Source of the DNA: a virus
Length of the DNA stretch: 64,000 nt
IMG/VR virus record: IMGVR_UViG_3300025133_000060
Location: 17,531 to 81,530 of that record
Reading direction: 5' to 3' (one strand)
Every line of letters begins with the position of its first letter. The first letter of the stretch is position 1. The notes under the pieces were generated by a model. The model did no database searches. It was not told where the DNA came from and worked only from the letters and a program-made list of their open reading frames with translations. The position numbers and the translations under genes are program-made. Below are positions 29,806 through 39,811 of this stretch, piece after piece.

Positions 29806-32100
29806 TCAAATCACCCCTCGCACACTTTTAACTCGGCCACTCAACGCTCGGATAAGTGCCTTATCAAATGCGTCTTGCACTTCGACCTTATTCACATTAT
29901 TCCCTGCGCCGATGTGGATGCCACCATTCACAACAATCGTTGGCGTATTGGAGCCGATACTCGTTCCGTTCTGCGCTTTCATCATCGAAGATGCGATAAT
30001 TCCGTCAATCTTCTCGATTGGGATGATTGCTTCGGGTCCGGCTTCACCAACGATTCCCATTTGAGGCTCGTTCACGATTCCACCTTCGGCGAAGAATAAT
30101 CCACCGACCGCACCGCCGATGAGCGCACCAACGGGTCCACCCATCATGAATCCAATTCCAGCGCCAGCCGCCGCCGACCCCATACTGAATCCGGTGTCCT
30201 CTTCTAAGTCATTTGAGAATCCCTCCATATCAAATCCAAGCATCTGGGCTATCGCCGACAATACTCGCCAAACCGGATTGATGACTTCAAACCAAGCACC
30301 AAAGGCGGCTCCAAGACCGTCAATGACTCCCTCGAAGTCGAGTTCGATAATCGAATTGATGACCTGTGCAATCGCACCAATCATTCGATAGACCGGCTCC
30401 ATGAAAAAGAACATGAATTGAAGCGCATATCCAACCAATTTGAGAACTGGCGCAAGGAGAATGAGAACATCGGCGAAGGTTTGGAACATCGGAACCAATG
30501 CTTCGAGAAGCGGCGGCAATATCTCTCCGACAGCAACCGCAAGTTCAGCGAATGCTGGAACCATCGGTGCGAGATTCACAATCATCTCCTTGAGAGCAGG
30601 GATGACTTCTTCAACGAGCATGGGTCCGAAGTTCTCGCCGATGTCCAACAAGAACGATTCCCAAGCCGCACCCAGACTTTGGAGAGAGAACAGGGTTGAG
30701 GTCTCCATCACCTTTGTGATTTCAGCCGTCTTTCCAATCCCCTCTTGAGCCTTCTTATTGGCTTCTGTGAGTTCATTCATCCCATCGACATTCGCCAACA
30801 ATGCCATCGCCGCTGTTCCACCACGAACGCCGAATAATTCCAACATTTGATTTGTGGTCGCACCCGAATCTCGCAATTGTAGGAACACATCGCTTAGGCT
30901 GGTGAGTCCGGTTGTCTGTTCCCCAACGGTTTTGTTAAGGTCGGAATATGACTCCTTTTGTGCTTGGATGGTTTCATTGACCCTCTTCTGTTCTGCGCCA
31001 GTAATTTGTTGCTCGATTCTTCGCTCGGCCATCGTGATGTTGAGGTCGGCATTCGCTGATTCGAGTCGACTAATTTGTTCCATCTCACGCTTGTTGAGGT
31101 CTCGCCCCTCTCGTTCGGCTCTGCGCTTGATTTTCATTATCGCCAGACTGTTTTGTTGTTGGTCGATGCTCAAGTCGGAGAGTTCGGCGTTCAACGCCTT
31201 CATCTGTGCATTGGTCGCCGCCGCCGACACCTTGCTTGCTTCAAGTTCTTGAGCAACGGTTCGGAGTGCGGTTTTGGCCGCTTGGCCAGCCGGAGTGAGT
31301 GTGAAGAAGTCGAGCCCCAAGTCTGCCATCATTTTGCGAGCATCATCGGTCGGCTTGAGCAATTTAGTGATGGCCATACGCAAGGCGGTTCCAGCCATCG
31401 AGCCTTGAAGTCCTGCATTCCCCAATTGACCAACGGCGGATGCCGCTTCTTCAAGTGAAATCCCCGCCGCCGAAGCGGTTGGTGCGAGGAACTTCATTGA
31501 TTGTCCAAGACCTTGAATGTCGGTGAAAGTCGAAGTCATTGTATTGAGCAGAATATCGTTGACATTCCGAAGTTCAGAAGTCTCCATTTGCATTCCCTTG
31601 AGGCTTGAGATTGCGACAGACGCCGCTTCGGGAATTGTGATGCCAGCCGCAATTGCGAGATTGTTGAGGTTCTCCAGAGCCTTGCCTTCGACCATCTCTT
31701 CTGAACCCAATCCCGCCAGAGCAAGAATCTGCGCCGCTTCTGCGACTTCGCTGGCGGTGGATTTGGTCGCCATTCCCAGATTGCGAACTTCGGTTGTTAA
31801 TTCGGGAATGTCATCCATTCCCATTTTGCCCATGATTGCCGCCGTCTTAATCATCTTGGCTTCAAAGTCGATGAAGGTCTTGGTTGCCTTAACCGCAAAT
31901 GCCGCCACGATAGCAACACCAGCCGCCGCCGCCGCTACACCCATAGCGATGAATCCGGCTTTGGACATTCCAACGAACTTGGACATCGAGCCGCCAGATG
32001 CCGCAAGTCCGGTTTGAACCGAAGCCATGCCTTGTGAGAACCCTTTGGTGTTCGCACCGACCTTGACATTGATGTTCATATCATTATTGGGCATACTCAT
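29806..32100 (-). CDS. Tail tape measure protein
   Basis: TP901-type core (SEVAEA..LALAG, GLQGSMAGTALR), coiled coil, C-terminal FAEGGIV..GEAGPEAIIP. Confidence 0.92.
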   Translation of the reverse strand: MSMPNNDMNINVKVGANTKGFSQGMASVQTGLAASGGSMSKFVGMSKAGFIAMGVAAAAAGVAIVAAFAVKATKTFIDFEAKMIKTAAIMGKMGMDDIPELTTEVRNLGMATKSTASEVAEAAQILALAGLGSEEMVEGKALENLNNLAIAAGITIPEAASVAISSLKGMQMETSELRNVNDILLNTMTSTFTDIQGLGQSMKFLAPTASAAGISLEEAASAVGQLGNAGLQGSMAGTALRMAITKLLKPTDDARKMMADLGLDFFTLTPAGQAAKTALRTVAQELEASKVSAAATNAQMKALNAELSDLSIDQQQNSLAIMKIKRRAEREGRDLNKREMEQISRLESANADLNITMAERRIEQQITGAEQKRVNETIQAQKESYSDLNKTVGEQTTGLTSLSDVFLQLRDSGATTNQMLELFGVRGGTAAMALLANVDGMNELTEANKKAQEGIGKTAEITKVMETSTLFSLQSLGAAWESFLLDIGENFGPMLVEEVIPALKEMIVNLAPMVPAFAELAVAVGEILPPLLEALVPMFQTFADVLILLAPVLKLVGYALQFMFFFMEPVYRMIGAIAQVINSIIELDFEGVIDGLGAAFGAWFEVINPVWRVLSAIAQMLGFDMEGFSNDLEEDTGFSMGSAAAGAGIGFMMGGPVGALIGGAVGGLFFAEGGIVNEPQMGIVGEAGPEAIIPIEKIDGIIASSMMKAQNGTSIGSNTPTIVVNGGIHIGAGNNVNKVEVQDAFDKALIRALSGRVKSVRGVI

Positions 32101-32291
32101 CGTCTCCTATTCTGCTTCGCTCTCTTCGCATACTTCTCTTCTCGCTTCTTGTGTTCAACGAAAGCATTCGCCAAGAACGCAGTATCACGAGGGTCCATCT
32201 CACGCCAGTCTTGTGGAGTGAGTGAAAAGTCTTTCAGTAAATGAAAATAGAATTGACCCTCATGGGTCTCGGAGAACCTTACGATTCCCCC
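32097..32291 (-). CDS. Tail assembly chaperone C-terminal extension (predicted -1 frameshift product)
   Basis: -1 frame IVRFSETHEGQFYFHLLKDFSLTPQDWREMDPRD...; GGGGGAA at 32285-32291 just before TAC stop. Confidence 0.65.
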   Translation of the reverse strand, partial: GGIVRFSETHEGQFYFHLLKDFSLTPQDWREMDPRDTAFLANAFVEHKKREEKYAKRAKQNRRR

Positions 32292-32644
32292 AGAACACCA
32301 CCACCGTCTGGTGTTGGTGAACCAACCGCCGATACCACCGCTTGAGCGATTGCACCCAATAGTGTCAATGGCAGTTTTTGGAACTCTCCCCATTTGAGAG
32401 ATGAGTCGCACTTCTTGAGCATCTCGAAAGTCATTCGCAATCCGAGATATTCTGTTTTGTCCTCTCCAGACAATTTGAGAACTGCTGGGTCCGACTTGAG
32501 AACTTGATATTCGGCGGCTGAAATTGGTCGAGCGAGAAGGCTCGACACTTCTTTGCCATCCGCCCCAACGAGTCCAACCCCCGTCATGTCGACCTCGATG
32601 TCGGCGTTGGCTTTGTCCAGCGTGGAATCCAACCATTGAGCCAA
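32279..32644 (-). CDS. Tail assembly chaperone
   Basis: Located between tail tube and tape measure genes; 121 aa; GGTGA SD. Confidence 0.7.
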   Translation of the reverse strand: MAQWLDSTLDKANADIEVDMTGVGLVGADGKEVSSLLARPISAAEYQVLKSDPAVLKLSGEDKTEYLGLRMTFEMLKKCDSSLKWGEFQKLPLTLLGAIAQAVVSAVGSPTPDGGGVLGES

Positions 32645-32657
32645 TTCTAATCACCCC

Positions 32658-33053
32658 TCAAGCGTCTCGGTTGAAGGTGAGTCCTTCAAACGATGCGTTC
32701 ACCATCAAAGCACCTTCAGCACCAGCCTCAAGTCCTTCGATAGCAAGGTCGGTCAAAACACAACCAGATACGGTGTATGTGTCAGTTCCGGTTTGTTCTG
32801 CATCGAACTCGATTGTGTATTCTGCGCTGGTGTTGAACCATGTCCACAATTCTTCATCGGAGATTCCCCAAGCCTTCTTGAGAGTTCCGCTGACGGTCTT
32901 GACACCACGAGTGTGTGCAACATTTGTGTTTGTTCCAAGTGTGATGTATTTGCCCGTTGCTTGAGCGAGCGAAAAGTCGCCACTCACAAAGCCAATGATG
33001 GTAGTGTTGGCGGTGATTTTACCTGTGCATCCGGTGTATGAGTGAACGGCCAT
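32658..33053 (-). CDS. Tail tube (major tail) protein
   Basis: 131 aa beta-rich, GVKTVSGTLKK; canonical position. Confidence 0.7.
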   Translation of the reverse strand: MAVHSYTGCTGKITANTTIIGFVSGDFSLAQATGKYITLGTNTNVAHTRGVKTVSGTLKKAWGISDEELWTWFNTSAEYTIEFDAEQTGTDTYTVSGCVLTDLAIEGLEAGAEGALMVNASFEGLTFNRDA

Positions 33054-33100
33054 GTTAATCCCTTGCTTCAAACGGTATTCTTTGGGGTTCTTAACGGTGT

Positions 33101-33490
33101 TTATTCTTCTTCGGTGTTGCCAACCCTGAATCCACCCATATCTAAGCGCATTCTCTCGACTTGAAGTTTATCCAATCCTTCGACTGGTATTTGCTGGTGT
33201 GGGCTATGCTCAAATCGTTCGACCATACACTTCTTGCACCGATGTTCGCTATCTTTGCCATGTGAAGGTGCGCCCATTTTCAAAAGTTCCTTCTTGAATC
33301 GGTGTCGCTCATCCTTAACTGGCCAATCGACTTCGATTGCACATGGATTCCCATGCTTCTCACATCGAGTGTGAAAACGATGCCCACACTTGATTGGCTT
33401 CTTGAGTGGTCGAGGCTTCTTTGCCTTCGATGCCTTCGATGCCTTCTTCGGTCGAGGGATTCGTTTGCGTTGGGGATGCCGCTTGCTCAT
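33101..33490 (-). CDS. Basic Cys/His-rich hypothetical protein
   Basis: K/R-rich N-terminus; CGH..C..H..C and H..H.C..C. Confidence 0.6.
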   Translation of the reverse strand: MSKRHPQRKRIPRPKKASKASKAKKPRPLKKPIKCGHRFHTRCEKHGNPCAIEVDWPVKDERHRFKKELLKMGAPSHGKDSEHRCKKCMVERFEHSPHQQIPVEGLDKLQVERMRLDMGGFRVGNTEEE

Positions 33491-34821
33491 GATTGTTCAC
33501 CATTCCGTTGCGTCATGAGAGTCATTGGATGGTCAGTTCCAGTTCGAGATTCAATCAAGTCGTGGAATTGTTTGGTGATGTTGTCCCAATCCAGATTATC
33601 GACAGCCCATTTGCGAGCCGCTTTGCCTCGCTTCTTGACTTCATTTGGCTTTGTATGGACTTCGACAAGTGCATCTGCGAGCAATTCACAATTGACCAAT
33701 CCCATCTCGACTCCCCAACGGGGTCCGACAATCGACTCTGAACATGGAATCAACCATCCTCGTTCGTTATCGGCTCCAATCAGTTCGGGTCCTGTGCTAT
33801 TGTCAGGGAGAATGATTGGGATTCCACAAGACATCGCTTCGGCAGATGGGATTCCGAATCCCTCGCCGCCGGTCGCCAGCACATGAGCATCGGTGCATCC
33901 ATACAAATTAGCCAAGTCCTCTCGACTAATTCCATGAAGTGGGTTGCTTGACCCATCGGAGAACATGACATTATTCGACAATCCGTAATCTTTGATGAGG
34001 TCGGGTAATTTCCACCCACCCATGTTCATCGAATCAACAGGGTCGCCACAATGAATGACCAATCCCAGAGCATTTGGGTCATCCAATTTATCGAGCGCAA
34101 TACGGAGAGCCTTGAGCAATCGAGGAATCTGCTTTCGATTTGTGTTGCGACCAACAGATGAGAACAATGTCTTGAATCCAAGACCCAATTTGTTCCGCAT
34201 TATCTCTCGTTCTTGAGCAGGCATTGGCTTGAACACATCAATATCGACACCGTGATAAATCATCGGATTCTCATCAATCGGCGTATCGGTGTATCTGTCG
34301 AGGTCGGGGAACTTCAATTGTGGATGGCCATCGCCAACCGAATTGTGTTTGGCTATGAAATCCAACCACACATTCTTGCCGAACTCACTCATCCACAGGT
34401 TGGTGTGTGTGTGGCCGAGAATGCGACTCCATTGGTGTGAGATTGGAACACCATCAATTGGAGTGTATGCGATGTGTGGAATCCCAATACCATTACTGGA
34501 TAAAACCATGTGGCCGGTGAACCAACAATCAATCAACGAGACGAACACATCAGGCTTAATGGTTTGGAGATGATAATCCAAGACTGTGGGGGAATTACCT
34601 TCTCCGCCGCTTTGGAGTTTTTCACCACCGAAGCCACCAAGACCTGCGTGAACGAGAGTCCACCCCTCTTCATGAGTCATACTTTCGCCGTTGTAATCCC
34701 ACCCCATGACATACACTTCATGGCCATAATCCTTGATGAGTCGCTTGATAATTTCACGACTCACTACTGCATAACCTGTTGGTCGAATGGGTTGCTCTGA
34801 ACCCCATAGAATCTTCGCCAT
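33487..34821 (-). CDS. Glycosyltransferase, GT4 (GT-B) family
   Basis: PTGYAVV, IYHGVD, VGRNTNRK, GEGFGIPSAEAMSCG; start at MAKILWG. Confidence 0.9.
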   Translation of the reverse strand: MAKILWGSEQPIRPTGYAVVSREIIKRLIKDYGHEVYVMGWDYNGESMTHEEGWTLVHAGLGGFGGEKLQSGGEGNSPTVLDYHLQTIKPDVFVSLIDCWFTGHMVLSSNGIGIPHIAYTPIDGVPISHQWSRILGHTHTNLWMSEFGKNVWLDFIAKHNSVGDGHPQLKFPDLDRYTDTPIDENPMIYHGVDIDVFKPMPAQEREIMRNKLGLGFKTLFSSVGRNTNRKQIPRLLKALRIALDKLDDPNALGLVIHCGDPVDSMNMGGWKLPDLIKDYGLSNNVMFSDGSSNPLHGISREDLANLYGCTDAHVLATGGEGFGIPSAEAMSCGIPIILPDNSTGPELIGADNERGWLIPCSESIVGPRWGVEMGLVNCELLADALVEVHTKPNEVKKRGKAARKWAVDNLDWDNITKQFHDLIESRTGTDHPMTLMTQRNGEQS

Positions 34822-35077
34822 GAGGATGCGAACCTTTTGCCCTGCTTCAAGGCTTCGGTGAAAACAAAGTGTCAACGACCAAAGAGCGAACATTGGCCGA
34901 TGACGATTTGTCGACCACGACCCCACCTATTTGAATACCCCGAATCACAATATGGTGGGGGTTTGTATGTTTTCAATCGCAATTATTCCATTCGATAACT
35001 GTCATATCGAGGAAAATAAGGGAACAAAACCATTGAGATTCCGAAGCCTTTATAGGGGGAAACCCACAGGCATAGAT

Positions 35078-35431
35078 ATGAGCCGACAAAGCCCGAACCA
35101 ATACGCCGACACAGACGCAACATGGAACACCAATGTTGTCTTGCCCGAAGAAGTAATTGAAGCCTATATGGATATGCAAGCACGAGTGTTCGCAAAGCAC
35201 GAAGGACACCCATCATTCAACCATGCTATGTATTCCCAGACTCCACAAGACTTTCAAGAAGCATATTCCGCTGGATATGAACAAGCAGACCGTTGCCAAG
35301 AAGTATTCGGAACAATGTCAGTCAACAACCGCAACCGCACCGGAATCCGCAACACAACAGGAATCCGCTATGCAACCGGCGTTGCCGCAAAAGCATTCCA
35401 AGCAGGATTCAATGCTCGCACAATGGAGTGA
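35078..35431 (+). CDS. Hypothetical protein (117 aa), inverted self-promoted cassette
   Basis: ATG 22 nt after TTTATAGG; promoter ATTGAGATTCCGAAGCC. Confidence 0.7.
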   Translation: MSRQSPNQYADTDATWNTNVVLPEEVIEAYMDMQARVFAKHEGHPSFNHAMYSQTPQDFQEAYSAGYEQADRCQEVFGTMSVNNRNRTGIRNTTGIRYATGVAAKAFQAGFNARTME

Positions 35432-35436
35432 TTCAA

Positions 35437-35628
35437 ATGACTGAAATGACAATCTCCCAAGCATGGACCCAAGCATCTGAACAATCAGGACTCTCACAGG
35501 TTTCACCGGAGATGGGAGTCGGACTCACCATTCTTCTCGGAATCGCAGAAGTCCTTTGGTGGTTCGGCGTTGCATGGGTCTCTCGCAAGGGCTACAAATT
35601 ATTCCGCCAGAAGCCTCAAGTGAACTGA
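35437..35628 (+). CDS. Small single-pass membrane protein (63 aa)
   Basis: MTEMTISQAW..VGLTILLGIAEVLWWFGVAWV; GGAGTGA SD. Confidence 0.6.
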   Translation: MTEMTISQAWTQASEQSGLSQVSPEMGVGLTILLGIAEVLWWFGVAWVSRKGYKLFRQKPQVN

Positions 35629-35629
35629 A

Positions 35630-36775
35630 TCAAACCTTGCGAGCAAAGGTCGGTCGCAAGACTCTCACTTCTCGTGCGTCTAAGACCCCTTGAAAGGTGT
35701 TCGTGCCGATAGTGGGGTTCGACTCCATGTTCGGTTCTGCAAGCGTTCCAGATGCCGTCAATTGAGGTGTTTGGAGAGGATAGTCCACCGCACCAACAAT
35801 ACTGCTGGAATCGGTCTTGACTCCCCATCCAGTATAGGGATAGGGCAATAACGCCGGAGAAGCCGCCTCAAGGCTCACTCCCGACCCAAGTGCGGTTAAA
35901 CCCCCAACGGTGTCTCCACGACCCCACAGATAGGCCAGTTCGGACAATCTGGTGTATGTGTTGCTTATACTGGCGGGTCTTGACGCAGAGTTCAGGATGG
36001 GGCAGGTTGACAAATTGCCAGACCATTCGAGAGTGGCATCCGTGAATGCTGGCATATTGCCGGATGATTTGGCCGGAGCGAGGAACTTTTGTGTTCCTGT
36101 GTCTGTTCCATCCCAATAAGCGGTTGTAGCGGCTCTCGCTGGATTGATGGGCGCAACAACATTTTGCGACATCGAGAATGCCGCACCGTTGTTGTATATG
36201 GTGGCCGCTTCGGGTGCTGTGGGCATCCAAGTATTGGCGACCCAAATGTCGCTCATCAATCCCTCAAAGAAGTCGCCATCACATTCCCCCAATCGCCATT
36301 CGGTGATGGTCGACAAATCTGGAGCAGAACTCACTTGATAAGTCCAAACGACACCGTTGACCCAGATGTCGAAGTATTGGTCATATTGCGACCACATGAT
36401 ATGATTCCATGTGTTCGGGGTTATCGTTTGGCCGGAGTAGCCAGTCGATGTGCCATGTTGAACGAAGATTTGATTTGTTCCTGATTTGATTTTCAATCCG
36501 ATTGCGTTGTTTGTTCCATCGAAGAATGACATCAATCCATCTGTGGTGTTGACTGTTGGTTTGAACCATCCACCGATGGTGAACTTGTAGCCTGTCGGTG
36601 TCAATGGGAATGTGGATGGGTTGACGGCCACCGCCAGTTTGTAATAATCCGAGCCTGTGATTGCTTTTGTTTTCCATTCTAACGCCGCCGGATTGAACCA
36701 CGACCGAACCTGTTGCTCCCAATCTGGTGCGGTTCTCGAAAACCGAGTCAAAGCGGATGCGCCTGAAATGCTCAT
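35630..36775 (-). CDS. LamG/concanavalin A-like domain virion protein
   Basis: FTIGGWFK..NTWNHIM..IWVNG..FFEGLMSDIWV..IYNNG. Confidence 0.8.
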   Translation of the reverse strand: MSISGASALTRFSRTAPDWEQQVRSWFNPAALEWKTKAITGSDYYKLAVAVNPSTFPLTPTGYKFTIGGWFKPTVNTTDGLMSFFDGTNNAIGLKIKSGTNQIFVQHGTSTGYSGQTITPNTWNHIMWSQYDQYFDIWVNGVVWTYQVSSAPDLSTITEWRLGECDGDFFEGLMSDIWVANTWMPTAPEAATIYNNGAAFSMSQNVVAPINPARAATTAYWDGTDTGTQKFLAPAKSSGNMPAFTDATLEWSGNLSTCPILNSASRPASISNTYTRLSELAYLWGRGDTVGGLTALGSGVSLEAASPALLPYPYTGWGVKTDSSSIVGAVDYPLQTPQLTASGTLAEPNMESNPTIGTNTFQGVLDAREVRVLRPTFARKV

Positions 36776-37506
36776 GATTCACCCTTGCCGTTCCGGTTTA
36801 ACTTTGTATCGAACTCAATATCCGCATCATGGATTTCACCCTCCATCTGCAAATGGTCAGTTCTCGCTCGCTTCAACAATCTCCGCAATCTCGCCGCCTC
36901 CGCCGCATCCAATGTTCCACCGTTCTCCACTTTGTATAGCAAGGAGTCGATGTCATTATCCATCTGTCGAGGTGGACCCGAACGCTTTGAAGTGTCGCCT
37001 TCGAGTTCTTTTTTCGCCGCCCGTTGTCGTTGTTTTCGCCTTTTTCGTCTGCGCTTCTTTTGTCGGGTCAAGGAGTCGTTGCCAAAAGTCGAACTCGCCG
37101 CACCAGCCTCACCAGCCTCAATCCAGATGGACTTCTCACCAGATTCAACGGCTCTGCGATGGTCGGTGTAATGGTCTCGCCGGTGGCAATTGGAACAAAT
37201 GACATCACACTTCTCAATCTCGGTGAGTATTCGCTTCTTGGCTAATCCAGCGGCGACCATTCCAGAGATGAGGTAATCCTTCTCTTCTGGGTTGCGATGA
37301 TGGAACTCCAACGCCCATGCGTTATCCTCTCCAGATAGCCCACACACCGCACAAGAGAGAGTCTCTTTGAGTTTTCGCATCCACTCTCGGATTCCCCTCT
37401 TTCGACTCCGAACCTGCTCAATTCGAGAGCCACGATTTTGTTGATACCATTTGCGATGATACTCCCGTTGATACGCCGCCCGTTTCTCTCGGTCTTTGTG
37501 TGGCAT
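36772..37506 (-). CDS. HNH endonuclease with basic C-terminal extension
   Basis: CAVCG..LEFHH..EIEKCDVICSNCHRRDH. Confidence 0.85.
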   Translation of the reverse strand: MPHKDREKRAAYQREYHRKWYQQNRGSRIEQVRSRKRGIREWMRKLKETLSCAVCGLSGEDNAWALEFHHRNPEEKDYLISGMVAAGLAKKRILTEIEKCDVICSNCHRRDHYTDHRRAVESGEKSIWIEAGEAGAASSTFGNDSLTRQKKRRRKRRKQRQRAAKKELEGDTSKRSGPPRQMDNDIDSLLYKVENGGTLDAAEAARLRRLLKRARTDHLQMEGEIHDADIEFDTKLNRNGKGES

Positions 37507-37565
37507 GAATCGCCATCATACTGTGAGGGTTAAGAAAGAATGGGTGGTGGGAGAATGACGGATTA

Positions 37566-37625
37566 TGGAATGCGGCGACTGGCCGTCATCCCCCCGATGT
37601 TCGGTGGAGGCTCCAGCCGCATCTC
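37566..37625 (-). ncRNA. Candidate small hairpin RNA E
   Basis: Late-type promoter GTGATAAA at 37643-37650 followed by AUGCGGC-UGG..CCG-AACAU-CGG..CCA-GUC-GCCGCAU long hairpin. Confidence 0.35.
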
Positions 37626-37699
37626 AATGTCAGTCTTTGGGGTTTATCACTATTTCACACACCGATACGCCTTTTAACCCCAAAGGAGTCAGCACAACC

Positions 37700-38101
37700 A
37701 TGACTGAACTCGCTGGTCTATCGAAAAAAGAATTGGTCGCTCTGGCCGAAGAACATGAATTGTCCATCAAGGGGTCAAAGGCAGATTTGATTGGTCGCAT
37801 CGAACGACACATCGCTTTGCCGGTCGAAGAAGTGGTCGAAGAAGTCGATGAAATTAGATTCACACCGGAACCAAAGAAGGCGAAGAAGCCGAAGAAGTCG
37901 AAGAAGGCGTCTGGGCTCCCACCTGTTGATGATGACATGGATGCCGAAGAGTTCGTCAAGGCGGCGTATCTATCCATCCTCAAGCGTGAAGCCGATGTAG
38001 GTGGACTACAACACTATTCAACCGCTATCATGATGAAGTCGATGGATAAGCAATCCGTTCTCGATGACCTGTCGGCATCTGCCGAAGCCCAATCACTTTG
38101 A
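37700..38101 (+). CDS. SAP/HeH-domain protein with C-terminal DUF4214-like helices
   Basis: LSKKELVALAEEHELSIKGSKADLIGRI; EEFVKAAYLSILKREADVGGLQHY..SAEA. Confidence 0.7.
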   Translation: MTELAGLSKKELVALAEEHELSIKGSKADLIGRIERHIALPVEEVVEEVDEIRFTPEPKKAKKPKKSKKASGLPPVDDDMDAEEFVKAAYLSILKREADVGGLQHYSTAIMMKSMDKQSVLDDLSASAEAQSL

Positions 38102-38347
38102 TTCAGATTCAGTTTTGGACATCGCAATATCAACCATGATATTGATTCGCCCTGCAACATCAGCGGTATTCCAAAGTGATATGAACTTGGCCAAGTAATC
38201 GCCGGTGGCGTGGTCAAAGAGCCAACGAATCAATCCGTGAGTAGTATAGAGCGAAGCCGATACTCCAACCTCTTCGATGCAAACCACATCGTCAGGAATC
38301 CCGCCCAGAACTTTGTCCAGAGCGGCGACAATCTGTTTGTCGCTCAT
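38093..38347 (-). CDS. Hypothetical protein (84 aa)
   Basis: Second gene of cassette; GGAGTGA SD. Confidence 0.55.
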   Translation of the reverse strand: MSDKQIVAALDKVLGGIPDDVVCIEEVGVSASLYTTHGLIRWLFDHATGDYLAKFISLWNTADVAGRINIMVDIAMSKTESESK

Positions 38348-38352
38348 CTCAT

Positions 38353-38595
38353 TCACTCCGCACATCGACTTCTTAGAGGGTTGTCGAGGCGAGGTAAGTG
38401 TGGCAGACTCAACGCTTCTTCTGCGGTCGTTGGGCATCCCAAAGCATACCAACACTTCTGCATTGATATATTGTCATTCATCGACCATTGGCCATCATAC
38501 ACATAGGTGAAATGTTTCAGATATTGGTCGAGGGTCATACCCAAAAAGTCGTTTGCTCTTTTGGTCAGGCGGCGGATTGCGGTTTCGGTTCGCAT
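38353..38595 (-). CDS. Hypothetical protein (80 aa), self-promoted cassette
   Basis: ATG about 22 nt after ATTGATATTCCGAAGCATTGATATA. Confidence 0.65.
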   Translation of the reverse strand: MRTETAIRRLTKRANDFLGMTLDQYLKHFTYVYDGQWSMNDNISMQKCWYALGCPTTAEEALSLPHLPRLDNPLRSRCAE

Positions 38596-38645
38596 ATTAC
38601 AACCGAGTCGGTAGCAATATATCAATGCTTCGGAATATCAATCTC

Positions 38646-39155
38646 TCATTCGCCCCATCTCAATTGAACTGTGTAGTCGGAGCGATAGCCAACACAATTG
38701 TCGCCCTTGCCACCGGCGGGTCCACAATCGGGTTCTTCAAATCGAACTGGCTTGGATTCATCCGAACGAGTGATTCGACAGTATTGATACGCATTGTTCC
38801 CAGATGGCTCCAAACCCGCTGACGGCTCTGTGAGAGTCCCGTTGTTCATCACGAGCAGGAACTTGGCCATCATACCCCACAGTAGCGAGCGAGATGGAGC
38901 AAATAGTGTGATGCGCCCGAACCAGATTGATGTGCGAGCGACAGTAGTCGAACTTGTGTCGAGATTCGCTTCTTCGGTTAAACCGATTAAAGGTTGGATG
39001 CAAATCTGATATGTCTTTTGTTTTTTGTAAAGCAACCAGTTTGGATTCACGCTCGGAGTCCAAGTTCCATCAGGAGAATCCATATTGGCTTCGATAAGGT
39101 TCTTGAGAGTAGTGTATGGGTCGATTGAAGGTAATCCTGTGTCGACAATGGCCAT
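38646..39155 (-). CDS. Probable tail terminator/neck protein
   Basis: 169 aa; follows head-tail adaptor; TGATG coupling. Confidence 0.5.
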   Translation of the reverse strand: MAIVDTGLPSIDPYTTLKNLIEANMDSPDGTWTPSVNPNWLLYKKQKTYQICIQPLIGLTEEANLDTSSTTVARTSIWFGRITLFAPSRSLLWGMMAKFLLVMNNGTLTEPSAGLEPSGNNAYQYCRITRSDESKPVRFEEPDCGPAGGKGDNCVGYRSDYTVQLRWGE

Positions 39156-39811
39156 CAATTCGACCCCCGATACCAGAATGATGAAGGCATTTTGTATTGA
39201 CCCCATGTTGCGACACCGACTTTGGTATGGCTCTTTACCTTCTCAAGCAATTCTTTGTATTCTCGTTCTGTATCTCGGATGAGTTCTTTCCAGAACTCCT
39301 TGACTCGCTCCATGCAATTCTCATCATTCATGGCGGCACGAGCCGCTGACCTGACCACATGGAGAATTGTAGCCATTTTGACATCGGCTGGCGGCGTTGT
39401 CGCCCCCGCATCATAGATGACTTTGAGTCGACAAGCAAATGACTCGGTGAATGCGTAGTGGAATCTGACCAAGCCGGATTCAGCATCGGCCAGATAGTAA
39501 TCATCATTATTGGGGATTCGACCTTCGTCGAGAAGAGTTTCAGCACCAGATGGGGAGAGGGAGTGGATTGATGTGATACTCACTACCGGTCGTTCGCCAC
39601 AAGTCAGGCTCGCCAGTCCAAATGCGGTGTCAAAGTATTCGGTATGAGTTTCAACACCGGCGAATTGATGTCCGGCATAAGCATCCATCAGTCGAGATGC
39701 GTTGCTTATCATCGTGCCAATCTGAACATCGGTGGGTCCGATGCCTTCGGAGAAGTCAACCCCAGAGTATGCTTCGACTTCGGCGAGTGTGCAGTAGTCG
39801 GTTGCGGCCAT
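39155..39811 (-). CDS. Head-tail adaptor protein
   Basis: YCTLAEV..ASRLMDAY..RPVVSITS..YDAG..PADVKMA; directly after MCP. Confidence 0.8.
   Translation of the reverse strand: MAATDYCTLAEVEAYSGVDFSEGIGPTDVQIGTMISNASRLMDAYAGHQFAGVETHTEYFDTAFGLASLTCGERPVVSITSIHSLSPSGAETLLDEGRIPNNDDYYLADAESGLVRFHYAFTESFACRLKVIYDAGATTPPADVKMATILHVVRSAARAAMNDENCMERVKEFWKELIRDTEREYKELLEKVKSHTKVGVATWGQYKMPSSFWYRGSN

Noticed and set aside
29806-33053. Contractile (myovirus) tail
   Set aside because: No sheath or baseplate wedge genes recognised in the tail module
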